Origin: a virus
Lineage: Duplodnaviria > Caudoviricetes
Length of the DNA stretch: 38,201 nt
Direction: 5' to 3' (one strand)
IMG/VR virus record: IMGVR_UViG_3300020181_000021
Location: 1-38,201 of that record
Made by a program: the position numbers and the translations under genes. Below, piece after piece: positions 7,577 to 15,907 of the stretch. The notes beneath the pieces were generated by a model. That model saw nothing but the letters and a program-made list of their open reading frames with translations. It was not told the DNA's origin and made no database searches. Within the stretch, counting starts at the first letter, position 1, and every line of letters begins with the position of its first letter.

Positions 7577-7990
7577 TCACTGAACCAACGCGCCTTGCTC
7601 GATCTCGATGGGCGTGAACTGCGGATGCTTGTTCGCCATGTGGGCGGCCAGCTGCTGGAACGTCCGGTTGCAGCACGGGCAGACGCCGGCCTTCGCCCGC
7701 TTGGTGATGCGGGTTGCGTGCCCCTTGTAGCCGTTGGCGCGATTGCGCTCATGCTCCGCGCGCTGCTCGGCGGTGCGTATCCGGTCTTCCTTATAGGCAA
7801 GCTGCTGCTTGAGGCGGTCCCGCTCCTGCCGAAGCTTATCCGCTTCGGACTGCCCCTTGGTAAAATGCCGCTGGTGCCCGTTGGGGCAGAAGAAGGCCTC
7901 GCCATCCTCAAGGCGCTGCTTTTTCAGGGCAGCGGGGAAGCCCCACACGCAACCGCACTGGCCGCAGGTGTGCTCAACTAGCTCAACCAT
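7577..7990 (-). CDS. Zn-finger coiled-coil phage protein
   Basis: ATG 7990 with GGAGGT; CxxC, CPNGH and C-terminal CPCC..H...H motifs. Confidence 0.8.
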   Translation of the reverse strand: MVELVEHTCGQCGCVWGFPAALKKQRLEDGEAFFCPNGHQRHFTKGQSEADKLRQERDRLKQQLAYKEDRIRTAEQRAEHERNRANGYKGHATRITKRAKAGVCPCCNRTFQQLAAHMANKHPQFTPIEIEQGALVQ

Positions 7991-8005
7991 GAGCGACCTC
8001 CCAAG

Positions 8006-8025
8006 TGGTCCGCAGATGGTCCGCA
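8006..8025 (+). repeat. attP integrase arm-type sites (tandem TGGTCCGCA)
   Basis: TGGTCCGCAGATGGTCCGCA, identical to 8227-8246 on the other side of the core. Confidence 0.75.
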
Positions 8026-8102
8026 AGTGCCGCTTTGTTCGCCATTGAATCGCGCTCCGTTCCAAAAAAACTGGACAGAGATACGCATGGGTGGGGCTAT
8101 TT

Positions 8103-8146
8103 CTCTCGGTGTAAACGAGATGCTCTACCAACTGAGCTAACCGCCC
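8103..8146 (-). other. attP core: 5' half of tRNA-Val(TAC)
   Basis: Minus strand GGGCGGTTAGCTCAGTTGGTAGAGCATCTCGTTTACACCGAGAG gives the acceptor 5' strand, D arm and anticodon arm (TAC); no T arm or 3' end; 27 bp from the integrase stop. Confidence 0.88.
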
Positions 8147-8170
8147 GAACGCACTCTGTATGCCGCAGTA

Positions 8171-8199
8171 ATCCTAAGCTTCGGCCATATTTCTGGCAA
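8171..8199 (-). promoter_or_regulatory. Sigma70 promoter for the tRNA half
   Basis: TTGCCA-N17-TAGGAT, overlapping the integrase stop codon, 24 bp upstream of the tRNA 5' G. Confidence 0.7.
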
Positions 8200-9397
8200 G
8201 TGAAATCGGCTTGCCTCTTACTGGTTTGGTCCGCAGATGGTCCGCAGACCAGAGATCGGCGTGCCGCGCCACTTCCTTGAAGAAGGCCGTCAAAACCGCA
8301 ATAGCCTTGGCTGCTTTTCGAGGGTCGTAGTGGAGGTAATGGCTGCTCGTCGTGCGGGCGATTCCCCGGCTCGACGGTAGGTGTCCGGTGATGCCGCTAA
8401 GCTGCGCACCGGGCACGCCTTTGGTGTCCATGAGCGTCGTGATCGTGTGTCGGATGTCGTAGGCCTCGAGGTCTGGCATGTTCAGAACCCGCCGAGCGGT
8501 TCGCCACCAGGTCTTGCGGCTCTTGACCTTCGGGTGCGGAGATTCCTTCCAAGCCTTCAGGATCGGCTTCAGGGGCTCGATGGTTGGCACGATAGCATTG
8601 CGCTTGTCGGTTTCCTCGCGCTCAGGCTGCAGGTCGATCAAGCCGTCCTTCCATTGTGCCGCTGGATCGAACGCCATCGCCACTCCCGGCCTGCAGGCTG
8701 TGCCGACCATCAAGGCGATCTCGCGCCAGATCCCCACATCCTCCCGCGCATAGGCCCAGAGAGCCCCCAGAGCAGCCGGAGAGAGCATCTGTGGGTCAGA
8801 CCCTCCCCTTAGCTTGCGGTCCACGCTCGGCACCTTAGGCGCGCTCACACGACGCTCGCCTTCCGCGTAGTTCAGGGCTGCGCGCAGGTCTTCGATATTG
8901 CGCTGGACCGCGTGACCGGAGACCCCCGAGGAGGAATGGCGGAAAGTCTTGCCGCCCCAGTCGACTTCCCAGCTATGCGGTTTCATGCGCCACCGGCGGA
9001 AGCGATCCACAACGCCGGGGGTGATGTCTGCCACCCTCACCTGTGTTCCAAGCTCGTCTTGCATCAGGAAGCCGATCCAAGCCCGGAAGCTGCTCTTGAT
9101 GGTGTCGAGCCGGTGAATGTCGGGCCCACGCTCGCGCAGGTAGTTGAACAGGTGTGGCAGAAGCTCAGCGGTGTGCGCGTGCTGGTTCTTGCTGGTGGAC
9201 CGCTGCTGGGCCTCGTAGGCGCGTAGGACCGCCTTGGCGGCATCGAGTTCTACAGTCCGGCACTTAGTGCTGCGATAGACAACGGACCGCGACTTGTCGG
9301 CGTAGGTGGCGATTTGCCAGATGTCCGGCGACTTGCCGTCCCGTCGCTTGTCGAGCCAATATTCGCCGACGATGAGGGGGGAGTCGGCGCGGGACAT
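8174..9397 (-). CDS. int: Tyrosine recombinase (phage integrase)
   Basis: GTACRPG (catalytic R), YDIRHT (HxxR-equivalent), ITGH and TTSSHY (catalytic Y); adjacent attP. Confidence 0.92.
   Translation of the reverse strand: MSRADSPLIVGEYWLDKRRDGKSPDIWQIATYADKSRSVVYRSTKCRTVELDAAKAVLRAYEAQQRSTSKNQHAHTAELLPHLFNYLRERGPDIHRLDTIKSSFRAWIGFLMQDELGTQVRVADITPGVVDRFRRWRMKPHSWEVDWGGKTFRHSSSGVSGHAVQRNIEDLRAALNYAEGERRVSAPKVPSVDRKLRGGSDPQMLSPAALGALWAYAREDVGIWREIALMVGTACRPGVAMAFDPAAQWKDGLIDLQPEREETDKRNAIVPTIEPLKPILKAWKESPHPKVKSRKTWWRTARRVLNMPDLEAYDIRHTITTLMDTKGVPGAQLSGITGHLPSSRGIARTTSSHYLHYDPRKAAKAIAVLTAFFKEVARHADLWSADHLRTKPVRGKPISLARNMAEA
8227..8248 (+). repeat. attP arm-type sites inside the int 3' end
   Basis: (TGGTCCGCAGA)x2. 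Confidence 0.75.
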
Positions 9398-9537
9398 AGC
9401 TCTTCGGCCTCGATCTCTGATAGCAGCTTCAGGACGCCATGCTCACCGAGCAAGCGCAACTGTTCGTTGGTGAAGGTTGCCCCGGTTCCGTTCCGAATGG
9501 CACGGCGGAATTTGGAGGCGACGGCGTGTACGCTCAC
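9250..9537 (-). CDS. Small protein upstream of int, possible excisionase
   Basis: GTG start with GGAGG; position directly upstream of and overlapping int; function inferred from position only. Confidence 0.5.
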   Translation of the reverse strand: MSVHAVASKFRRAIRNGTGATFTNEQLRLLGEHGVLKLLSEIEAEELCPAPTPPSSSANIGSTSDGTASRRTSGKSPPTPTSRGPLSIAALSAGL

Positions 9538-10160
9538 CTCTGCCTCCTGTGTGGAGTATGGCGGCTAGTTACGGGCGCATCGCTTTCAGCGACCGGGCTC
9601 TCGCCTACGGCCGAGCCACTGCGTGTCTCGTCGGCTGTCGCCGCTTCGATCCCTTGCGCGGTCCGCCAGATCACAAGCACACAGCCGAAGGGCGGGGAGC
9701 TGTGGAACTTGCCCTCCGGATTGTTCGGCAAGCCGAAATTGAAGCGGCTCCGATAGAAGCGCGTTTGGATGGGGCCGCGCCCGTCGCGGAAGGGCTCTAT
9801 CAAGTCCTGCCACCAACCTTGCTCAGTCCGGTTGGCTGGCAAGAGCATCACGATTACGGCGCAGCCAGCGCGGTGCTCCGCCCATGCCTTTTCAACCCAC
9901 GGGCGGATGTCGCTATAGGGAGGATTGCACCAAACACGGTGTCCGTGCCAATCCTGTGCCAGGCCATCGTTGCTAAGGCTGAAAAACGTAGGGGTCTTGG
10001 CGTTGTTGTCGTTGGCTGCGGCGTCAAGCGTGAAGTCGAACTCCTCCATCAAAGGGCCGAATACTCTCTCCGGCGTAATGCGCTCGTCGACGGTATCGCG
10101 AGCGCCCCGCCTGCCCACCTGCTGCGGGTGGTTCTTGATCTTGAAGCCCACTAGGCTCAC
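9534..10160 (-). CDS. Phage DNA N6-adenine methyltransferase (Dam-like)
   Basis: FTLDAAA, DGLAQDW, VWCNPPY and VMLLPANRTEQGWW motifs; GTG 10160 with GAGGG SD. Confidence 0.9.
   Translation of the reverse strand: MSLVGFKIKNHPQQVGRRGARDTVDERITPERVFGPLMEEFDFTLDAAANDNNAKTPTFFSLSNDGLAQDWHGHRVWCNPPYSDIRPWVEKAWAEHRAGCAVIVMLLPANRTEQGWWQDLIEPFRDGRGPIQTRFYRSRFNFGLPNNPEGKFHSSPPFGCVLVIWRTAQGIEAATADETRSGSAVGESPVAESDAPVTSRHTPHRRQR
9573..9659 (-). repeat. Structured repeat element, copy B
   Basis: GCGCA-A-GGGATC-GAA..CGAGAC..GGCTCGG..CGA-GAGCCC-G-GTCGC-TGAAA-GCGA-TGCGC-CC. Confidence 0.8.
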
Positions 10161-10270
10161 GGCCGCCCTCCCGCGATAGGGATGCTGCCTATGGTGGAGA
10201 CGCGCAGCGGTTCCAGTGCGAAGCACCAGCAGCCCGGGGCCGTAGGGCATCGCCATAATGAAGTATTCAC

Positions 10271-10693
10271 CTACCTCTCCCCCAAAAGAGAAGAAGTACC
10301 AAGGGAAGGAGGCTCGGGAAGCGGACGCCAGTGGGTCACATCGACTGCGCGGCGATCCATTTCAGTGTGATACCATCCGGGCGAAGTATTGCCGTCGTAG
10401 TGGGCAGGACTGAACCGCTCCCCCGAAGCATCACCTACAGCCGAAGGTGGGGTATCGTCGGGAGTGTGCATTTCTACGGGCCGAACCATCGTGGCGCGCT
10501 GGCTGGCGATGCTCTGGGGCGCGTGTCCCCAGAAGAACTCGCCAGACGAGACAATGTAGGCGTCAATCCGCCCCTCATTGCTGCCGTACTCCGTCTTGAG
10601 GCAAAGCTCCCCAGCGCACATGAACAGGCCGATAGGGCACGCGGCCAAGGTCACTTCCTCCGCCTGAACGACGGGCACAAGTTCACTTGCCAT
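10271..10693 (-). CDS. Hypothetical protein with DUF551-like C-terminus
   Basis: VTHWRPLPEPP motif. Confidence 0.75.
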   Translation of the reverse strand: MASELVPVVQAEEVTLAACPIGLFMCAGELCLKTEYGSNEGRIDAYIVSSGEFFWGHAPQSIASQRATMVRPVEMHTPDDTPPSAVGDASGERFSPAHYDGNTSPGWYHTEMDRRAVDVTHWRPLPEPPSLGTSSLLGER

Positions 10694-10970
10694 TGGGAGA
10701 GCCTCCGTTGAGGGCGGGTGCTTGCTGCGAGGACCAGTTCTTGTCGAAGTCGGCCATCGCTTCAGCCATTGTCTTGCCGAAGCCCGCGCAGCCGCTCATC
10801 AGGTCATCGCCGTAGAGTGCGCAGTAGTGGTCGCCGTCGAGACTGACGGTAGGGCGATAAAGGACGCTCGGCCGCGTCTGATCCCAAGCGGCAGCCTGCC
10901 ACTCAGCGAACGCCATGCGCGCCTCATGAATGATCCCGTTGGCGGCGATCTGTGACCATTCCTCGGTCAT
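10683..10970 (-). CDS. Hypothetical phage protein
   Basis: Coupled ORF; DGDHYCALYGDDLMSGCAGFG motif. Confidence 0.75.
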   Translation of the reverse strand: MTEEWSQIAANGIIHEARMAFAEWQAAAWDQTRPSVLYRPTVSLDGDHYCALYGDDLMSGCAGFGKTMAEAMADFDKNWSSQQAPALNGGSPNGK

Positions 10971-11539
10971 GCCGTCTCTCCAATGTCCGGATTTTCATCA
11001 GCCCAAGGGGTTCCGGTGCCGTGGGCAGGGCAGGCGAGGTCTTCGCCAAAGGCTTCCATGCAGGTGCAGCTTCCCACCACCGCAGGAGCCCTCTCCCCAT
11101 CGTCGGTGGGGCGGGATGCTAGGGCGGCGAGGATGCAGTGCATTTGCTCTAAACTGACTACGCAGGTCGGCCAGCCATGAACGATGCAAGGCGTGAACCG
11201 CTCGACTACCGACTGCGCGACAGGGTCCAGCCCCTCCGCATCCCCGCTTGCTGGAACAGGAGAGGGGGTGTTGCGGGAAGTGAGGTCGCGAACGGTCTTG
11301 AGGGTGCGGATCATCGCAGCCGCTTCAGGATACTGCCGTTCGACCATTCGGGCAGCGGTTTCAGCGCCTAACGCAAAAAGTCGGTTCTGCTCATCCGCCA
11401 GCAACGCTTCTGCCGGGGGGATATGTTTGGGTATGGTCCGCCCATGTTCTGGCGAATGCCTATCGGCACCGGGGCTCTCGTGAACCGAGCCCGTTCCGGT
11501 CTCGGCCCTATCGGGCTTCGATCCCCTTTCGGTTGTCAT
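10967..11539 (-). CDS. Hypothetical phage protein (mosaic)
   Basis: ATG 11539 overlaps the NinB stop; first about 30 codons come from repeat copy C. Confidence 0.65.
   Translation of the reverse strand: MTTERGSKPDRAETGTGSVHESPGADRHSPEHGRTIPKHIPPAEALLADEQNRLFALGAETAARMVERQYPEAAAMIRTLKTVRDLTSRNTPSPVPASGDAEGLDPVAQSVVERFTPCIVHGWPTCVVSLEQMHCILAALASRPTDDGERAPAVVGSCTCMEAFGEDLACPAHGTGTPWADENPDIGETA
11451..11531 (-). repeat. Structured repeat element, copy C
   Basis: CGAA-AG-GGGATC-GAA-GCCC-GATA-GGGC-CGAGAC..GGCTCGG-TTCA-CGA-GAGCCC-CG-GTGCC-GATA-GGCA-TTCG-CC. Confidence 0.8.
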
Positions 11540-11931
11540 GCCGCTTGCCTCTCGTCTGAAAGTTGAATGCCGTGCTCGGCCGCAAAGGCGCGGATGCACT
11601 CGATGAGGTCGCTGAACTCGGCCTTCCGCAGACGGCTCGACTTGAACCCCAGCGGCACCACGCCTTGACCATCCAGCGACGGCTCAAAGGTGCAGGTGAA
11701 CCCCGCCTGGTGCATGAAGAGCGCCTTCCAGGTCTCGGTTGGCAGCACCCTTCCTCGAGGCTTGGCGCGGGCGATCTCGCTCAGCAGCGCCCACAGGAGC
11801 GCGTTCTGGTCGTTTGTGCGGCGAGCCTCTGCGATGTTGCACACCGCGCCTTCCGGAGCTCGGTCGATCAGCGACTTGGCGCGCTGCCGAGCAACGGGGT
11901 TGGACAGGATGACGGTCTGGCCGTTAGCCAT
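11536..11931 (-). CDS. ninB: NinB/Orf-family recombination protein
   Basis: RRTNDQNALLWALL, WKALF and SSRLRKAEFSDLIE..AFAAEHG motifs. Confidence 0.88.
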   Translation of the reverse strand: MANGQTVILSNPVARQRAKSLIDRAPEGAVCNIAEARRTNDQNALLWALLSEIARAKPRGRVLPTETWKALFMHQAGFTCTFEPSLDGQGVVPLGFKSSRLRKAEFSDLIECIRAFAAEHGIQLSDERQAA

Positions 11932-12322
11932 TGCGCGCCTCCCATGCGACGCGGCCGGGCCACTTGCGCCAATATTCGCCGGCAACCGCTACGGCGTTGA
12001 AGCCATACTTGAGCTCGAACGATCGCCACCCGCCCCGCTGGCGGAACTCGCCGATCTTGCCGCTTTGCTCGTCATGGTGACGTTGGCAGAGCGGCAGGGC
12101 GAAGCGATCGCTCGCCTTGGTGCCCATGCCCTTGTCGCCGCCATGGTCAACGTGCGCGGCTTCGACGGGAGAGCGGCGCGGCGGATCACCTAAGCCGCAC
12201 CCTCCTGCCCTATGCCCGTCAAGGTAGCACGCGCGACCACGCAGCCACTGGAGATAAGTCGGTGCCGACTTCTCCGCTGGCCGGGGTGCGTTGCGCCTAC
12301 GAGGGGCGACGTTGACGGGCAT
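11924..12322 (-). CDS. DUF968/HNH-like putative nuclease
   Basis: YLQWLR, EAAHV, GMGTKASD, LPLC..HH motifs. Confidence 0.75.
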   Translation of the reverse strand: MPVNVAPRRRNAPRPAEKSAPTYLQWLRGRACYLDGHRAGGCGLGDPPRRSPVEAAHVDHGGDKGMGTKASDRFALPLCQRHHDEQSGKIGEFRQRGGWRSFELKYGFNAVAVAGEYWRKWPGRVAWEARNG

Positions 12323-12325
12323 GGC

Positions 12326-12589
12326 TCAGTATGGAACCGAGTCCGCGTCGTCGCCGTAGGACGGATAGCCCTGCGACGGTTGCGAACGGCCCTGCTGCTG
12401 CCCGCCACCGCTGTTGTCGCGCGGCTCAAATAGGTTCGCGACACACCGGCCCTCCGCATCCGGCAGCGGGAGAGCGTCGAACACGAGCTGGATGCCCTTG
12501 TCGCCTTCCCACGCGGTGCCGATGCGGGTCCAGAACGTCTTATCCTTGCCCTTGCGCGGGCTCATGATGTCGTAGCGCTTGTTGGCCAT
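12326..12589 (-). CDS. Small ssDNA-binding-like protein
   Basis: KTFWTRIGTAW..IQLVFDALP core with an acidic DDADSVPY tail; adjacent to the recombinase. Confidence 0.7.
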   Translation of the reverse strand: MANKRYDIMSPRKGKDKTFWTRIGTAWEGDKGIQLVFDALPLPDAEGRCVANLFEPRDNSGGGQQQGRSQPSQGYPSYGDDADSVPY

Positions 12590-12591
12590 TG

Positions 12592-13215
12592 TCAGGCTGC
12601 CTTCTTGTTGGAATTGATGAAGCGCTGAGCTTCGGAGAGTTGTTCGTAGGTGACCTCGCGCAAGTCTTTGGGCGCCAGGTGACGCAGCAGTGCGCCGGGC
12701 TCGGCGTTCACGCTCTGAAGCTGTGCAATGAGCCAATCGCGGGTCTTGTCGTTGATCGGACCGGTGGGCCGTCCGACGCCAGCTAGAGCCTTCGCGAAGA
12801 TGTCCTGCGCCTCAGGCTTCCAGGCGCTCCACTTGTCGTTGTAGAGCTCGCAAGGGGCCCACACGTTGCCCAGGTCATAGAGATAGCGGCCGATGCCCCA
12901 CTTGACTGCGGCACGCTTGAAGGCGTCGGAAATGCCGCCTTTCTCGCCTTCGACTGCTGTGTTGCCGGCCCCATCGCTTTTTGTGATCCACTGCCCGTCG
13001 ATTTGGATGGACAGCTTGCACAGCACGCGCCCGCTCGCGCTTTCGTCATAGTAGTCTGTCCAGTTGGCAGGACCGACTGCTGCATCGAGGCGATCCATGA
13101 CATCGCGAGCGTCGAGATAGGCCAGCGCAAGAGCCTTGGTCTTGTCGCGGGTTAGCGTCTGCGCTCGCCAGTGGATGGCTTGCGGAGGGAATGGCGCGGA
13201 TAGCTTCTCGAGCAT
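12592..13215 (-). CDS. sak: Rad52/Rad22-family (Sak) single-strand annealing protein
   Basis: LAYLDARDVMDRLD and EKGGISDAFKRAAVKWGIGRYLY motifs. Confidence 0.92.
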   Translation of the reverse strand: MLEKLSAPFPPQAIHWRAQTLTRDKTKALALAYLDARDVMDRLDAAVGPANWTDYYDESASGRVLCKLSIQIDGQWITKSDGAGNTAVEGEKGGISDAFKRAAVKWGIGRYLYDLGNVWAPCELYNDKWSAWKPEAQDIFAKALAGVGRPTGPINDKTRDWLIAQLQSVNAEPGALLRHLAPKDLREVTYEQLSEAQRFINSNKKAA

Positions 13216-13922
13216 TATGCGGCTCTCTTTTCAATTCTAATTTCCACGCCTGGGAGTTCGGCCGGCAATGCCTTTTGCGCATATGCCGTCAGCCAATCGC
13301 CGAGCGCGGCAGGATCGTTGCCGGCCACCCAGTTGAGCAGCATCCGGCGATTGGTGACGGTGGCGACCTTGTAGGTGCGCAGGCTGATCGCCCGATCCAT
13401 GCCAGCCACGTGCGCCTTCTGTTTGCCGGCGTTCTGAGCAATCTTTGCGGCCCTGTCGGCCTCGCGCTCTAGCTGCTGAACGCGCGCGAGCGCTTCCATA
13501 CCGCCCGTACTGATCGCCAGTGCACGGGCGGCCTCCACAGCCTCCCGCGCCTTCACATTCGCTTCCTCGCGGGCCTTTGTCTCAGCTGCACGCTGCCGTT
13601 CTGCAAGGGCGGTTAGATATGCCGTGAGCGGACCTTGCGCCGCAGCCAGTATAGCGTCGCAGCGCTCATCAAGCGGCTTCCACTTGGCATCCACCGCGAG
13701 ACTTGCGAGGTGATGCGGGCGCTTTTCCTTCCTGCGGGCCGCATCCGCATCCTTCTTGAGCTTCCGAACCTCGCTTAGGATGCGCCCAACCTGATCGGCT
13801 TGGCCTTGCGTCTCAATGGGCGTGCCATCGAGGAAATCCTTCGCTGTGCTGTAGGCATCGTCCAGCGCCATACCGAACGTCTCGAACGGACCTGAGTTGT
13901 GGCCAAAGCCGGGCTCAGACAT
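13215..13922 (-). CDS. Coiled-coil protein of the recombination module
   Basis: GHNSGP N-terminus, coiled coil, C-terminal LPGVEI; upstream of Sak. Confidence 0.75.
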   Translation of the reverse strand: MSEPGFGHNSGPFETFGMALDDAYSTAKDFLDGTPIETQGQADQVGRILSEVRKLKKDADAARRKEKRPHHLASLAVDAKWKPLDERCDAILAAAQGPLTAYLTALAERQRAAETKAREEANVKAREAVEAARALAISTGGMEALARVQQLEREADRAAKIAQNAGKQKAHVAGMDRAISLRTYKVATVTNRRMLLNWVAGNDPAALGDWLTAYAQKALPAELPGVEIRIEKRAA

Positions 13923-14121
13923 CGGCCGCTTCCTTGATGAAGGCGCGAATGTGCGCGACATCTTCGCCCCGGCCCTCCCGGCGACTGCATTCCATCTGGA
14001 GCAGCGCGAGCGCCTTGCTCAGCGTGCGCTCCAGGTTGCGGCAGTGAGCGCGCTCCCGCTGGTATGCGCCGAAGCTGTCGAACGGCTTGATCGCGGGTTC
14101 GATGCGTTCTTGAACGGTCAA
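13915..14121 (-). CDS. Hypothetical protein
   Basis: TTG start overlapping the upstream TGA, GGAG-rich SD; start uncertain. Confidence 0.55.
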   Translation of the reverse strand: MTVQERIEPAIKPFDSFGAYQRERAHCRNLERTLSKALALLQMECSRREGRGEDVAHIRAFIKEAADV

Positions 14122-14275
14122 CGCCTCTCTCCCTTCCCTGCGCGTCCGGCTTCCTCGCTCCTGACGCGCTGTGATGGTGCAGGCGAGGCTGCGGCGGAAA
14201 CAGGTGGACGGGTGCGCGGCGTGGGATTGCTCCACTGGCCGTGTCCGGGGCGGTAGTTCCAGACGTGGGCGGCCT

Positions 14276-14515
14276 TCACGGGCGCACCCCTTCCGGGGCC
14301 GGGCTGTCGTGAACGGAGCCGCCTTCAGCGTCTCCGCCCTGACGGGCTTCCATCCCTTGCGCGATTAGATGCCGGTTCCAGCACTCGCCGCTTCCATCTT
14401 CAGTGAAGCAAGCGGGGCATCCGGTCTCCCCGTTGTCGTCCGACACCCAACGATCATCACCCCAGTTAAGGGGCTGGTTGCAGCCGATGCAGCGAAGGCG
14501 CGAGAACTTGGTCAT
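14276..14515 (-). CDS. Small Cys-rich hypothetical protein
   Basis: CxxC..CxxC; C-terminus encoded by repeat copy D. Confidence 0.65.
   Translation of the reverse strand: MTKFSRLRCIGCNQPLNWGDDRWVSDDNGETGCPACFTEDGSGECWNRHLIAQGMEARQGGDAEGGSVHDSPAPEGVRP
14280..14362 (-). repeat. Structured repeat element, copy D
   Basis: GCGCA-A-GGGATG-GAA-GCCC-GTCA-GGGC-GGAGAC..GGCTCCG-TTCA-CGA-CAGCCC-G-GCCCC-GGAA-GGGG-TGCGC-CC. Confidence 0.8.
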
Positions 14516-14958
14516 ACCGCCGCCTTCGCCATATCCTTGGCGTATTCGGCCTCAGCCCACTCGACAGACCGCTCCAGCAGTTGCTGTCCGGTTTCGGCGA
14601 ACAGCAGTTGCGTCTTGTAGTAGCCCCAGGAGAACGAAGCTCCGTTGCGATCGCTGTGCGGCTTGAACACGGGCGTGGCAGCGATCCCGAGCCAGCCTGA
14701 AACGCCCTTACGACAGGCCTCTCCGCAAAGTTCGTTGAAGGCTTCGGTGAACGTCCAACCGCGCCCGGCGAACAGCTCATCCCGCTCTTCTTCGCGCCAC
14801 TTCTCGTAGAGGGCGGCGATCGCGGCCGGCATACGATCGTCGTGATATTCGAAGGCCTCAGCCAGCTCTTCGGAGGGCTCGGAAACGGGGAATGGCCATG
14901 CCGCCTCAATGCGGACATTGCCGTCGAACATGCGCTCGTAGACTGCCGGAATAGGCAT
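14512..14958 (-). CDS. Hypothetical phage protein
   Basis: ATG 14958 (TGATG coupling, AGGAG SD). Confidence 0.7.
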   Translation of the reverse strand: MPIPAVYERMFDGNVRIEAAWPFPVSEPSEELAEAFEYHDDRMPAAIAALYEKWREEERDELFAGRGWTFTEAFNELCGEACRKGVSGWLGIAATPVFKPHSDRNGASFSWGYYKTQLLFAETGQQLLERSVEWAEAEYAKDMAKAAV

Positions 14959-15158
14959 CAGCGTTCTCCTGCGATAGCGATTGAAGTGGCGAAGCCAGCG
15001 AGACTGCTTGCAGGCTCGACCGAAGGCGAAAGCGCGGCAGCGCCGAAGGCGATGATCGCCCATGTGAAGGCAGCGGCAGCAAACCCCGCCACCTCCCTCA
15101 CCACCTCCTCAGTCCCCATAACCAGACAGCACTCAGTGATCTTGGAGAGGATGGTCAT
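14958..15158 (-). CDS. Small membrane protein
   Basis: Coupled ORF with a hydrophobic core. Confidence 0.5.
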   Translation of the reverse strand: MTILSKITECCLVMGTEEVVREVAGFAAAAFTWAIIAFGAAALSPSVEPASSLAGFATSIAIAGER

Positions 15159-15598
15159 GACCGGTCCTCCACGATCTTGAGGCCGCGCTTGGCGAGTTCG
15201 GCGCGAAAGGTGTTTAAGAACTTCGGCCCGTCTTGTTCATAAGTCGGCGCCATCTTCTTTCGCTCGTGGCCGAGGAAATCGTTCGGAATGATTCGGCGAG
15301 CTGCCGTTGCTTCCACGGCAACGCGAACGGCTTCCTCCAAGGGGTCCACCGGATCGGGTAGGATGAAGGGGACAAGCCGGGGTGCAATCTGGCCATGCCA
15401 GTGCGGCACGCTTACCAGCGCTTCTGTGGATGCCTTCGCCGCATCGCTTACCTGCTGGCAGAGGGCGATTAGGGCGAGCATCGAGGCGGGCACGAACCGT
15501 GAGCCATCAAGCTGATCGAGCTGCCAGTTGGAGGTTGGCTCTTGGGCATTCGCCAGCTCACACGCCTTGAGCTTCGCCTGTTCCGAAAACTCACTCAC
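15155..15598 (-). CDS. Hypothetical phage protein
   Basis: 147-aa coupled ORF. Confidence 0.7.
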   Translation of the reverse strand: MSEFSEQAKLKACELANAQEPTSNWQLDQLDGSRFVPASMLALIALCQQVSDAAKASTEALVSVPHWHGQIAPRLVPFILPDPVDPLEEAVRVAVEATAARRIIPNDFLGHERKKMAPTYEQDGPKFLNTFRAELAKRGLKIVEDRS

Positions 15599-15777
15599 GA
15601 CAATCCCTCCCCAATGGCATCCAACTGGACCCGGACATCTGAGATCATGTCTCGGTGGAGTTGGGCTTCCCGAGCATCGAGATCGCGGATGGCTTGCAGG
15701 CAGGCCGCAACCCGCTGGTCCCAGTCATCCTGAGGCACAGAGCCGTGGCGTTCGGTGTGCGGGGTGTAGCGGGTCAT
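15595..15777 (-). CDS. Hypothetical protein
   Basis: ATG 15777, coupled to neighbouring genes. Confidence 0.55.
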   Translation of the reverse strand: MTRYTPHTERHGSVPQDDWDQRVAACLQAIRDLDAREAQLHRDMISDVRVQLDAIGEGLS

Positions 15778-15907
15778 GCGAACCAGCCCACAACCATGTC
15801 GAGGTAAGCTATCGCCGCGAGAACGTAGCAAAGCACGGCGTAGAACCGCTCAGAGCGCTCCCACTGCATCTGCCCCATCAGCAGGCACAGAAAGCCGACC
15901 GCCCCGC

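Noticed and set aside
8103-8146. Functional phage-encoded tRNA-Val
   Set aside because: Similarity stops after the anticodon arm; there is no T arm, 3' acceptor strand or CCA.
7445-14362. Four-copy element as a CRISPR array or hammerhead ribozyme
   Set aside because: Copies are kilobases apart and divergent with no spacers, and there is no CUGANGA/GAAA hammerhead core.
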